The position numbers and the translations under genes are program-made. Shown here piece after piece: positions 1 to 12,590 of a stretch of 64,000 nucleotides of DNA. The notes beneath the pieces are model-generated. The model ran no database searches, was not told where the DNA came from, and worked only from the letters and a program-made list of their open reading frames with translations. Each line of letters starts with the position of its first letter. The stretch's first letter is position 1. The DNA is from the human T2T-CHM13v2.0 reference genome, Homo sapiens, in the NCBI RefSeq assembly GCF_009914755.1, contig NC_060933.1, one strand, 5' to 3'.

Positions 1-554
1 ACTTAAAAGGATTTAAGTCCGATAGTAAAAGGAGCGAAGGGAATTCTAGTAAAAGGGAACAGCTTGAGGAATGACCTAGAGACATGACAGTGATCTTTGG
101 AGAAATGGCAGTTAGACAGACATTCTGTCTACTCGTTTCCCTGTTACATCCCAAATAGGAAAGACTCAGACCCAGAGACCATTCTGGTTAAATGTTTCAG
201 TGAAAAGTTAAGACTGGTCTATCGGTCTTAACTATCATTTGAACACCTGGAAAATCTCTAAGCATATAAAAGCATGCATGGCTTTCTGGGACTTACCACA
301 AATTAAACTTGAATTTCTATAAAAGCAGATGACAGGTTTAATAGGTAAATAATCTTGACTTATAGGATCCCCCATGTCAACACTAAGTTGAGAATCAAGT
401 TAAGGAAGTACAGTATGTCCTTTAGCATAATTGACAGGCAGTTCTCAGTTTTACTGCGGATGACTTTAACTTGAGTATAACCAATAATGCTCTTACCATG
501 GATTTGTGTAAGATGGATTACTGCAGGTCAAGGGCAAACTATTTACATCTGATG

Positions 555-1005
555 GAGGCAGCATAGAATAGTGATAAGTTCCTAAATAAAATTGTCTTGG
601 TTTTAAACCCCAACTCTTTTACCTGTTAGGCTTAACCTTCCTGAGTCATAGAAAGTCACTTGACCTCAATTGTGGATAACAACGGCCCTTGCTCTAAGGG
701 GTTATTGTGAGGATTAAATAGTACATGTAGTGTTCAGCCTGGTGCATGTGCAACATTGGCATTTGCAAGCTGTTATTATAAAGTAATGGTGAAGAATCTG
801 AGCTTCCTAGATCTTATCTAGATCTAAATCCTGCCTCTGTCAGATCTTTGAAAATTTTCTTAGTTTCTATGCCTTGATTTTATTGTCTAAACCAAGAGAA
901 AATAGCACAGTTACTGCAAAGATTAAACAAGAAAGTATATATAATATGATTACCACAATACCTAGCACATAGGTCTTCAAAAAGGCAGTTCTTGTTAATA
1001 TTATA
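555..1005 (+). mobile_element. Two adjacent degraded MIR SINEs
   Basis: MIR-like motifs (GTTATTGTGAGGATTAAAT; AAAGATTAAACAAG...CCTAGCACATAG). Confidence 0.55.
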
Positions 1006-1269
1006 TAATTTACAATAAGAAAAATTTTGTTTCCTCATAGTCATATTTTCTAAGCTTTTTAAAATTAATTTTGGGGTAATTTTGAATACATTATTGGTAT
1101 CTAATAAGAACCTATGGTTGGCCCTTTTGTATAGTAAATATACACTGATGACTATTCATTTGTATTAAAATTTTCCCGAATAGCTTCTGCTTGACTAAAG
1201 TATTTCCTCCTTTCTATTTTAGGATTTAGCCTTCATATAATTAATATCTATTAATATATGTGTTTGCTT

Positions 1270-1730
1270 TAGGGAAGTGTTGGGATTGGCTTCCCTGGAA
1301 AGCAGACCCTGTGATGTATCAAGAAATGTGAAAGGTTTATTTACTGGGAGGTGAAATGAAAGAAAAGAAGGCAGGATTGGGCAGAGATAGCCATCAAACC
1401 TGTTGCAGGCTGACAAGGTCTAGGCCGAAGCGGGGCTGTAGAGCAAGATTTGCTTGGTAATGTTATCAAGAGCTTGGTGGAAAAGGCTAAGTCCTTGCTA
1501 CCACTGCCTTGCTCAATTTTTGGCCAGAGCTATCCTGAGAAGTATAAAACCTTGGCCGCCAACACCTTGCTTATTCCAGAGTTCCCCCAGATGGGTTTTC
1601 CTTTTACTTGAGAACTAAGATGGACTGTGAAGGTGATCATAGCTGATGGCCTTCAGCTAATGGAGTTCATCATAGCAGCAAGTCCCTTCTTGAAGGGACA
1701 TCTGAACAGTGCGTGTCTGTGTCTGCTACA
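1270..1730 (-). mobile_element. ERVL LTR, LTR33-like
   Basis: GGAAAGCAGACCCTG...GGCAGGATTGGGCAGAG...AAGTCCCTTCTTGAAGGG...CTACA resembles the reverse complement of LTR33. Confidence 0.6.
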
Positions 1731-1959
1731 GAAGATTTCAGGAGGTAATGGTAGTAATGGACCTAATTTAGTACTTACCTAGATTTTCTTAGCCTCGCCA
1801 GTCCCTGGACTTTAGCCACTTTCTCAAAGAAGAGTCCCAGCCACCTTCAACACCCCTGTACCTCTTAACACTAGCAACTGCTTCAGCGCCCCTGGGATGA
1901 GATATAGGTTCATATTCAGCCTTTACTGCACTCCCCATGGCAGAAATTGCAGCAGCTCT

Positions 1960-2447
1960 GATGCTCATCCCAGGCAGCCAAACTTACAAAGTCTTTGGTT
2001 CTTTATACTTCTGAGCTCTGATGAGGCTATGCTACATCTGAGGACATGAGATCTGGCCAGGTATCACAACCTGCTAGAAGTAGAGGAGAGTTAATGTTCC
2101 ATGGACTGAACTTTGATAAATGAGAAACAGAAGATAAGAAGGATTAAGCAGACAATATATATATCTTCTACTCCTTTGTCCTCAATGGACTGTCCCTGAA
2201 TGCAGTGGTTCAGTATAGCCTACATAGATGAAGTCCCACAAGATTAAGCATTCATCTTTGTTTTCTTATGACATTATGGCCAGCTTGAAAACGTACTACC
2301 TTGCATTTTCTTTACTTTTATCCCAACCTCATTTCTCTTTTATTCTTCTCTCTTGCTTCCCTGGAATCACAGTTGCAAATAACTGTCCTATATTTTAGCA
2401 CACAAGCTGAGGTTTGGCTCATTTCCCTGGGACCTAGCCTAAGAAAA
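1960..2447 (+). mobile_element. ERVL LTR, LTR16-like
   Basis: 3' end TGCTTCCCTGGAATCAC...AAATAAC...GGGACCTAGCCTAAGA is typical of the LTR16 family. Confidence 0.55.
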
Positions 2448-2449
2448 CA

Positions 2450-2700
2450 GTTAACAATTATTCAGTGCCTACTATGTTCCCAGTACTGTTCTAGGAGCTT
2501 TAAATGTATCCTTTCATTGTCTTCTCCAAACAATCCAATGACATAGGTATTCTTAGTATCTTCATTTCCGTTTTATAGATGATATGAGAAACTAGGGCAC
2601 AGAAATGTTGAGCATCTTTCATAGGCTTCTACAGCTAGTAATTAGCAGATCTAGGATTTGAATGCAGACAGTCTTGACTACAGAGCTCAGGCCCTATTCT
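2450..2700 (-). mobile_element. MIR SINE
   Basis: GTGCCTACTATGTTCCCAGTACTGTTCTAGG...TTTTATAGATGA...GAAACTAGGGCACAGA...GGATTTGAA. Confidence 0.75.
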
Positions 2701-3724
2701 GTTTCTGCAGTTGAATTTAATTCTCAAGTCTATCTCTAAGTTAAATACTCATAAATGATGCAATTCCATGGCAAAAATGGAAGTTACATGTCATCCAACG
2801 GAAGCACTGCTAAGCCAGACATAATGTGAAAAATGTTTATCTAACCAGAAAAGTTGAACCAAGTGAAGGAATATCAACCAGAGGTGAGATATTTGGAGGA
2901 ACAATTCAAAGGTCTGGATTCTCTCTGGCTTCCTCAGTTTAGTTAACCATTTAAATTTGGATAAATCACATGATCATTCTATGCCTCAGTTTCCCCAGCT
3001 ACTATATGAAAATACAATTCCTAAGCTGCCTGTCTCTCATTACTTGTGTAAGAACTGAATACATTATATCTAGGAAAGCATTTCTAAATACTAAATTGTT
3101 ATTATTATCACCATTAGAGTAATTTTGTTAATAAAAAGCTTACAAACTTTAATGTTACTAAAATTTAGATCAACTTTTACATCTCAAAAAAAGGACTGTT
3201 GAAGACACGAGACAAATATAACATGAATTTAAGATAATTAACTAAAGTAAGGCAAAGGGAAAAGAAAAGTTGCAAAGCAAACAGGTAAGGACAAGATCAG
3301 TGCATAGCGTAAATGCCATCCTTGCTAGCGATAGAACACACATTTTGTTCTATGCTTTCTGGCAGCTGACACAAGGAAGAAAACACCATCAGCTACTGGA
3401 GTTCTAGTATCCACAAATTGAAAATGAACCAATGGCCTGAAACATTCTGAAACTGACAGCAGAGAGAAATTTCACTATTGGTCTGCACAGAGAGGACATC
3501 ACAAAAATAATGAATAATGTCCTCAATAATATTCTAGCAATACATGCATTTTTCCCTCAGTATAGGCTGATGACAACATACCAGAGTGTGACTGTATAAA
3601 ATAACCCTGAAAAGAGCCCACTCTGAAGCAGTCTGCAGCCTTCTGGCTCAATCTTGGGTTAGCTTTTAGAATTCCTAGACAAAACAGAAGCTAATACTAA
3701 CAATAACAAAAGTACTAATAGCTA

Positions 3725-3930
3725 ATTCATTCATTTATTCAACTGATAGTTATTGAGCAACTCCATGAGCTAGGCACTGAAGATACAGCAGTGGACAAAA
3801 CACATAAAAATCCCTGCTCCCATGGAGCTTCATTCTAGGCAGAGAAGATAGAAAATAACAAATAAATAAGTTAAATACATAGTATGTTGGTAATGATAAA
3901 TGCTGTGGGAAAATAGACAAGTGAGATAGA
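3725..3930 (-). mobile_element. L2 3' end
   Basis: ATTCATTCATTTATTCAAC...TATTGAGCA...CATGGAGCTTCATTCTAG. Confidence 0.75.
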
Positions 3931-4121
3931 AAGGCAACACAAGAATTAAAAACAAAATAGTGGTATATGTTCTCATAAAATATGTACCCCAGAATGCATA
4001 CATAAACCTGAACCCTTTAGAGACTATAATATTATGAGGCATTAATTTTTTTTGTTTTTTCCGAGTGGCTTTCAATCTGTAGCTGTATGTTAGCTATATG
4101 AAGGTGAGTATACATACATAT

Positions 4122-4692
4122 TGTGAAAGCAAAAATTGCATCCGACAAAGTTAAGCAGCAAGGACAAATGCTATTCAAGGCAATTACAATAGGAGAGAGA
4201 GGCCAGAAATCAGCCTGCTCAACTCCACTATAACAAGGGGTGGGAGGAACTTTAGGGACTGGTATGAGCTAGTGGAAGGGAACTATAGAACACTGGAGGA
4301 TGGGGGCAGGTTGATCACTGGGGTGTGTGAAGCACACTGAGTTTGCAAAATACTTTTCTCTGTGATTAGGTCATCTCTGCTGGCTAATTGGCACCCATTG
4401 AAGTTAGGCTCCTACTCTCCCTTAGAGACTGGTAGACAGGGGTGCTATTTTTCATGATGATTACATTTCAAAGGGTTGGCTCCCAGCAACTTGAGAAAGA
4501 CTTCCCTGAGTAGTACAACAGGCAAGAGGCTTTTAAAAATATTTACATCTCAAAGGGGCAGAGAAAGGATTTACAGTTACAATTTTTTCTTTTGTAAATG
4601 CTCTAGGAAAAAAAGAAGTCAGGGGCTCAGAATCTGAGAGAAGCCTGTCAAGTTTAGTCAAGCTGAGGGAAACATCAAGGCCTTCTTGATTA
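4122..4692 (-). mobile_element. ERV1 solo LTR, MER31/MER67 family
   Basis: ATTTACATCTCAAAGGGGCAGAGAAAG, GATTACATTTCAAAGGG and AGTTTAGTCAAGCTGAGGGAAACA motifs. Confidence 0.7.
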
Positions 4693-6479
4693 AAAGGTAT
4701 ACACTCACACACACTTGCTTCTAATTTATCTTAAAAATATATGCTCTGCTATCAGTGTTCTAAATGTTTTCTTTATTGTGCCATATTTATCTGACAGAAC
4801 CTGAATAGTAAGCATTTTTAAAGTGTGCATGAACTGCATGAAAATCACCTTATATGACAAATGATGATATGACAAACAGCAAAAATAATTCTTTGTATAT
4901 AATCCATCATTGCTAATAGGATATAGGCAAGTCAATGGAAGTATGATACAGGTGTTCAATAAATGTATTTGTGTTGATTGATTATTGAAGTTTGCTGGAT
5001 TTCATGCTCCATGCATTTCTTCTTAAAGTATCAGAATATGTCTATTAAATTCTTTTATACATTTTAAGAGCTTCTGGGGAGTATGTCTGGATGTTCTTTA
5101 AAATGCTTTGTGACACTGCAGATGTCACATATGATTTTTTAAAAAATAATAGCCCTGAATATCCCCAGCAGTGCAGGAAGAAATTTGATAGTATTTACAT
5201 AGAAGCCATCTTGGCGTCCATTTCTCTACCAAGTACAAGATCCACTTTTCAATTCAAACTCAGTCTGGAAGTTTTTCTTCCTTCCAAAGGGAACAGAATT
5301 AACAATTCCGCCTAGTTCTACTATTACGGAGATTGCAGACAGAACAGACTGAATGAAAGATAGCAGTCAGATGATGCCCAAGAGTGGCAAAAAACAGTAG
5401 ATCCAGAGACACAGAAAGGCAAATCATTCTGGAGGGGTCTTGAGGCCAACAGTGTGAGGGACCACCACCTTCCTTCAATACACTTCAAGATCTAAGTAAA
5501 ATAATTCAATAACCAAGATTTCTTTTTTTTTGCTGTTGCTAACAAACAGGTATAAAAAGAAATGACCATTTTAATGAAGGTCAGTTGGGGACAGCAAGAA
5601 TTATGGAGATAAATGGGCTATAGATAACAAAGGAAAAGAATCCCAAGTGAAACCAAACTGGACACACACTTGGCTAACTGTTGGAAAGGAAGGGTTAGAA
5701 ATTTTGACAGATACCTACAATTATTTTATTTAGAGTTTATAAATAATTATGCTTAAGGTACGATAACTTCTATACAGTTTCCATCCCAATGTCCAGTTTC
5801 AATTATTTCAACTAAAACTCTTGTATTGTTCATAAAGTCTAGAGTATAGGAGGTCCCTTTAGGCATCAAAGATGAGAAGCCAAGTCAGAAAAATTCTAAC
5901 TGACCATTATGCTCAAGATTCCAGTGCTGAGCAGGGCAGGGAAGATAAACAGAGCTGTTTAAGCAAGATTCCTGTCTAGGGTTGTTGCCATGACACAGTT
6001 TGGAAGAAGAAGGTCTATCAACAACTTATTTCCCCTGTGCTTCAATGAGTTAAAGCATTTTCTCACAAGAAATAAATGTGTAGTGTTTAAGGATCCTTGA
6101 CAGAGCTCCTTGTAAACTGAGCTCTCAGAAGTTGTCACTGGAGACCCACCATTTATTTTCCAAACAAAGGTCAAGATTAAACTTGAGGGATTTACCCAAA
6201 TCTCTAATACAAGAGGATTCAGTTAAGGCTAGAGTTCACATCCTTATGCCTAAACTTCACAAGAGAGAAAATCTTTCAGAGGCACTGGAGAGCAAGAGTG
6301 CCTGATTGATACACCCTTGTTATTCTTAATATTGCCCTCTAGCAGTTTTTGAAATGAAGTCTTATGAGGCAGTAAAACTCTCTTATGTATTTTTTTCTAC
6401 TTTCATTTACTTCAACCCAGGATCATCATGTGACTGAGATGATGAGGTTCAAAAGAGAAGGGAAAATGTGGTATGGGTT

Positions 6480-6862
6480 TGTATTAGTCCATTCTCACAC
6501 TGCTATAAAGAACTACATGATACTGGGTAATTTATGAAGAAAACAGGTTTAATTGACTCACAGTTCTGCAGGTTGTACAGGCAGCATGGCTGGGAGGCCT
6601 CAAGAAACCTACAATCATGGCGGAAGGGTGAAGGGGAAGCAAGTATGTGCTACATGGAGGAGTAGGAGAGAGAGCAGGAAAGGGGAAGTGCTACATAGTT
6701 TTAAACAAACGGGTCTTATGAGAACTCACTCGCTATCATGATAACAGCAAGGAGGAAATCCATCCCCATGATCCAATCACCTCCCACCAGGTCCCTCCCC
6801 AAACATTGGGAATTACAATTCGACATGAGATCTGGGTGGGGATATAGAGCCAAGCCATATCA
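6480..6862 (-). mobile_element. MaLR solo LTR, THE1D-like
   Basis: TGTATTAGTCC...CAAGCCATATCA, 383 bp, with 5-bp TSD GGGTT at 6475-6479 and 6863-6867. Confidence 0.88.
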
Positions 6863-8008
6863 GGGTTTATATTTCATTTTGTCTATCTGGCTTGATTGAC
6901 CATTGTAGCAGTGATGGTATGTATATTGGAAAATGCACCAGGCAGGCGTAAGTAGCCTCTGGTTTCTTGGGATTTTAGTAAAGTTATTAAATAGAACACA
7001 TCATGCATCGCTTTAGTCTGCAATAGTATTTTTTAAAGAAAAATGATCAGTTGAAAGTGGCAGTAGGATTGTTTAAGTGTAGGTCCATTTATGGCTCATT
7101 TACAGTTTTTATGTAGCTTTGCCAATGTTTTGTATTCCTGACAGTCCCATGAGTCACTGACATCCTGTCAATTACAGTAGCCAACCTCTCTACCTGTATA
7201 TCTGCAGGAAATTGGCCGAGATACAAATTTAGGAAATGTAAGGTGTCTTTCTTTCAGGGAAGGTACAATAGCTCCAGGAAGTGGATAAAATGATCTCTCA
7301 AAAGGAAGAAGGGGGTATCAAGTTCCCCACCCCTCCTCCTTGGTTTTCATTATGTCCTCTCATTGTTTTTTATTTCAAAATTCGAATAATGTGCAAGCTT
7401 TGATACATCCAGGTTTTTAATCCTGCCAAGAAAACATTGTACTTTTGAGATAATCAAGTAGACAGCACTACTCTTAATCTTGAGAAAAAGAAAAGAAAAA
7501 ATAAATAAACCACAGAGCTGATGAGAAGACCCTAAAGGACTCAGAGCTTGTAATGACACACATTATTTCCTTTAGTTTGAGTTTTTCCTTTCATGAAGAA
7601 AACTCTAAGATATACAAAAATAGTTCTTTATGGCTTGAAGCTCTTATATTGCTAATGGCTTTTGACAGTGGTATTACAGCTTGTTTAATCCAATTGAATT
7701 TGATTATTCATTCAGTAAGAAGATAAATTAGTTGACAGAGGAAATGTTTTTCAGTCACTGGTTCATATTAATGTCTGAAAATTCAGTTGTCCAGAAAAAA
7801 AGAGATAGGGGTAGAAGAGAAGCCAAAGAGATATAATTCTAATCAAGAATTTTCCTGAAATTTGAATTTGACTATGAAGAAAGTATTGATTGTGGGGAGA
7901 AATAATGTTAATTCCCTAAAACACAGGGTGAGAACTTTTTAATGGAGTACACATTACTCATCAAAATATAGTCCCAAACTATATTATCAAACATGTCTAA
8001 CCCACTTT

Positions 8009-8009
8009 A

Positions 8010-8051
<42 letters not shown>

Positions 8052-8052
8052 A
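8009..8052. repeat. (CA)n microsatellite
   Basis: About 22 AC units with one interruption. Confidence 0.95.
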
Positions 8053-8834
8053 CCCTACTATGCAGTTATATGAATCTTTATTGTTTACTAAACATAATAC
8101 ATTTCCTCCTTCCCCACTTCCTTGCCTTTGCACATTGTATTCTTTGTATCCTCTTCCTAGAATGCTCTTCTTTAAATTGATAAACTTATCCTTCAAAATG
8201 CAACAAAAATACCACCTTTTCAATGAAGTCCTTCAGAATCCCCCCAGTGTCCCATAGAAATTTGCATATCCTCTTAATTCAATGTCCTGCAACCTTCTTT
8301 GCACATTAGCACCCTTGGGATTTGGCATGATCCTATCAGTAATGCTGTCTCAGTGGGGTTTTATATGAGAAGGGGCTTTCTATGGGTGAGGCAACAATGG
8401 TTCTCTCTTGTGAGGTTGAAATTTCCAGGGTATGAGTTTAATTTGAAACACCCACAACTCCCCTTCCCCACCCCTACCCCAGCATAAACTCTGGCATATC
8501 CACTTCCTATTCCATGGACAATCACTGCTTCACTGCTCCACTTATTACTGTTGTCATAACATCTTGTGAATATTTGTTTCCGCCTCTCTTTCTGATACTA
8601 GATGGTATTATTCATTTTTATGGTCAATGTTCCCCTTCTCACAGTGAAGTATTTCACATATAGGAGGTGCTCAATAAATGTTTGTTCTAAGAACAAGGGC
8701 ATGAATGAATGAGTAAATGCCTGAGTAACAGAATGATTTCTAGGACATCATAGGATTCGGCATCCTTAACTGGTGAAGAGATGAACCAAAACACAGTTAT
8801 ACTCTTGTGCAGGGAGTGGTCTGGGTAGCTTTAA

Positions 8835-9179
8835 TTTGTCAGTAACCCCCAGCCACATGTTGCTATTGTGTATCTGAAGTGTGAATAATCTGAATTGAGA
8901 TGTGCTGTGAGTGTAAAACTTCACACTGGATTTAGGAGACAGTATAAATACCTATATATATATCTACATATATATAAAATATATCAGTATCAAAAAGCAA
9001 AACATCTCAATTTTTATGTTGATTACTTGTTGAGATATTTTGATCTATTGAGTTGAAGTATATTAGTAAAATTAATTTCACCTGTTTCTTTTTATTTTTC
9101 TAATGTGACTGGTAAAAAAAAAATTGCATATGTAGCTCACATGGCATGCATTATATTATATTTCTCTTGAACAGCACTG
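8835..9179 (-). mobile_element. hAT-Charlie DNA transposon, MER33-like
   Basis: AGCCACATGT...AATTGAGATGTGCTGTGAGTGTAAAA...AATTAATTTCACCTGTTTCTTTTTA...ACAGCACTG. Confidence 0.75.
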
Positions 9180-10369
9180 GTCTTAAGAAATGAATCTCAG
9201 GCCCTGAATGGTTGAGTCTAACTTTGGCCCACTCAGATGAAAGTCTCTGTGCAGGCAAACGAAGGAAGTTGATGTGCACACTGATCTCCTTGAAAGTGCA
9301 TTGAAGCTATACTGAAGAGCACTGGGATCAACAGTAATCTTTCAATAATTTCTGGTTCTCCACTATTTTCCAGGTATCTAATCTGATCCACACTTCTCAC
9401 TGCGCTTCTTATCACATATCATTAGGTATTAGTTGTGTGCACCCTTCACCTCAGCACCAAGGCTGTGTTAGCTTCACTCTTAAGGTCCTTCACCTACTAA
9501 TAACTTTCCCTTTACCGGGACAACACAGATGCTGCCCAAGCTGCAGTCTTCCTATCCCCTACCCCCAAGTATCTTACTGAGGCACCCCTTGCTATGGATT
9601 CCCATTGCACTGATAGCATTTTCAACATTATATTGTAATTTGCTGTGTGTCTCAATAACTAGCCTATAAGTTCTTTGAAGGCAGAGACTCTCACAATCAA
9701 TATTTAAATGTTACACACCAAGAGAATAAATCAGTTCAGTGATGATCTAATTTGCCCATAAATTTCCATCAAACATCTGCCCTAGAGAAATCATACTTCT
9801 TTAAAAAAAAAACATACATTATCTGACATAAAGAAAACATATCAAAGCCCTAGCTGGAATCAAGCTTGATGACTAAAATCTACTTAATCCTCAAAAAGCC
9901 TTGTGTCAGGACCCACCTTCTGCAAAAGCATTACAGTTTATTATGGAAAAGCGATTGCTAAAACACGTTGGCTTCCTTTTTCCTGTCAGGAGAGCTCATT
10001 CCAGTGTTAACCTGAGGAGCCTGCATATAGTTGCCTTTGTCCCAGAAATATATAAGTGTTCCTGTGCTGTGGAGAATTAGGCACTGGGAAGTTAAGAGAG
10101 GGAGAGAGAGAGAGAGCCCAGAATTGGAGTCCCAGTCTTCTAAAAGCAACCTATAGCTTGGAAATAAATTAGACTTTTAAAGACAGATATTTATTGGAGG
10201 TACTCCTAACAAATTTTTACCTACTCAAGAAACCTGAGTCATAATTCTCATATTCCATTCTGGTCTACCTAACCTCAGCACACTTATGTGACTACTAAAA
10301 TTGTTTATTAACTTAAAAACTTTTTGATGGCAACAAAAAAAGAGCAGTAAAAAAATGAGAAAACATTTA

Positions 10370-10708
<339 letters not shown>

Positions 10709-11074
10709 TTATCATTTATTCTTTCACTCAGTTAACTCTAAAAGATATGTCTACACATGCCTCCCTAAGAAAGAGCTGATAAATCTTGACCACTGAGGCC
10801 AAGAAAATAGTTCTAGACTCATCTGTTCCCTCTCTTGCATAATCTAGTGTTTTCCTGTCTACACAGTCTAATCTGTGATAGGTCATCCTCTTTTAATTCA
10901 GGGACCTTATTACTAATCACAGATAGTTCTTGGCTTTTGTTTATAAACTTTGTCAAAGTCTGGATTTAAAGAAGCAGGTTTTCTCAATGTATTTCTACAA
11001 GAGGCAAAAAAAATCACATCAACAAGTTTTACAAAGGGCTGCTTGCCCTTACTTGCCTTTACTGTGTTGCTTCA

Positions 11075-11261
11075 GTTCTCCGATCTTCCCCACTGTGAGG
11101 ACATAGCAAGAAGGCACCTTCCACAAGCCAGGAGGAAACAGGATGTACTGGCACCCTGATCTTGAACTACCACCCTCCAGAACTGTGAGAAAATACATTT
11201 CTGTTATTTAAGCCACCCGGTATAGGGTATTTTGTTATAGCAGGCCAGATCGATTATTATA
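11075..11261 (+). mobile_element. MLT1A-type LTR 3' fragment
   Basis: CCTCCAGAACTGTGAGAAAATACATTTCTGTTATTTAAGCCACCC...TTTGTTATAGCAG. Confidence 0.75.
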
Positions 11262-12171
11262 GAAGTTCATATTTGCAGAAGCTCAACCTAGATTATCGTG
11301 CTTGGACAAGAAAGAATAACTATGCTACCAAGATTTAACTATACCATTTTATTTCCTTTACACTTGATAGAATAGATTTCTAAATTAGGGCCCACCAGTG
11401 AATTTTAAGGGATCCCCTTTTTTTCTGGGGAGAGGGTTTATTATACTTATCAACTTTTCATAAGGGATCTCTGATCCAAACCTTTTTTAAAAAATTGCTG
11501 TATGAGATTTCCACTGGGGAACCCAAAGCTCATAAGCCAAATATCAGGAATCTCAGGTTTCTGCTCCACAGACACATGATTAGACATCAGTAAATGAAGC
11601 ATAAATATTTATCCCCTTCTTGTTTCTTTGGATACATTTCCCCTTCCAATACCCAGGTAAAAGTCTTTCCTTTAATGTGATCTCTAAATTGTATACCTTT
11701 CTTCAAGAGAACTACTAAAATCAGACATGAAAGCTATATAAAATATGATAGCTAAAATAAAGCTCTAGAACAACCAATTGTGGAGAAAATATTTTGAATC
11801 CACTTTGAGTGGGTTAGTACTGAGTGATAGGAAGCGTATCTTAGAAAAGCTTACTTGAACATCAAGGGCAGCAGTTGCTCTTTGGTTAATTCGCATGCTT
11901 TCAGCTATTCTCTATCCAGGCAGTCACCATGGTGGAGGGAAATCTGCTGAAAACAAGGACCAAGCATTCCTTACCTGTAAAAAGCTGACAGAGCACCTTC
12001 ATTTCTAGCCACAGGACTCCCTTCTGCACTAGTCTCTAACCCTGAAAGGCACTTGTTTGTACTTCAGGGAGGTAAGGCTGGATGTCACCTCTAGATAGGT
12101 TCAGAGGGATGATTGTGTCTATTCAAGATGTCTGTCAGCCATCACCATTACTAGGACCCTGAGAATCTGTT

Positions 12172-12590
12172 TAAATATATATATACATGCATGTGTATTT
12201 GTATCAACATATTTATATATATCAACATATTTATATATATCAACATATTTATATATATCAATATGTTTATATTGATATAATATACATAGATATATAGATA
12301 TGTCCATATAAATACATATATAGATATATAATATTTAATTATGCATAATGTATTTTATATAATATATATTATTTATATTATATGACATATATAATATATA
12401 ATATATTACACAATATCTATATCTATATATCATGCATCCTAAATGCTCTATTTTCCCAAGCAGATAGCCATCTTTTTCACTGCCTTAAAGGATGCTCATT
12501 CAACAAGCTACTACATATGTATATGCATATGTATATGTATATGTATTGCGTATGTGTATGTATGTGTATATATATATGTATATATATGCT
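12172..12590. repeat. AT-rich low-complexity block including an 18-bp tandem repeat
   Basis: ATCAACATATTTATATAT x3 at 12203-12256 plus (TA)n/(TATG)n tracts. Confidence 0.9.
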
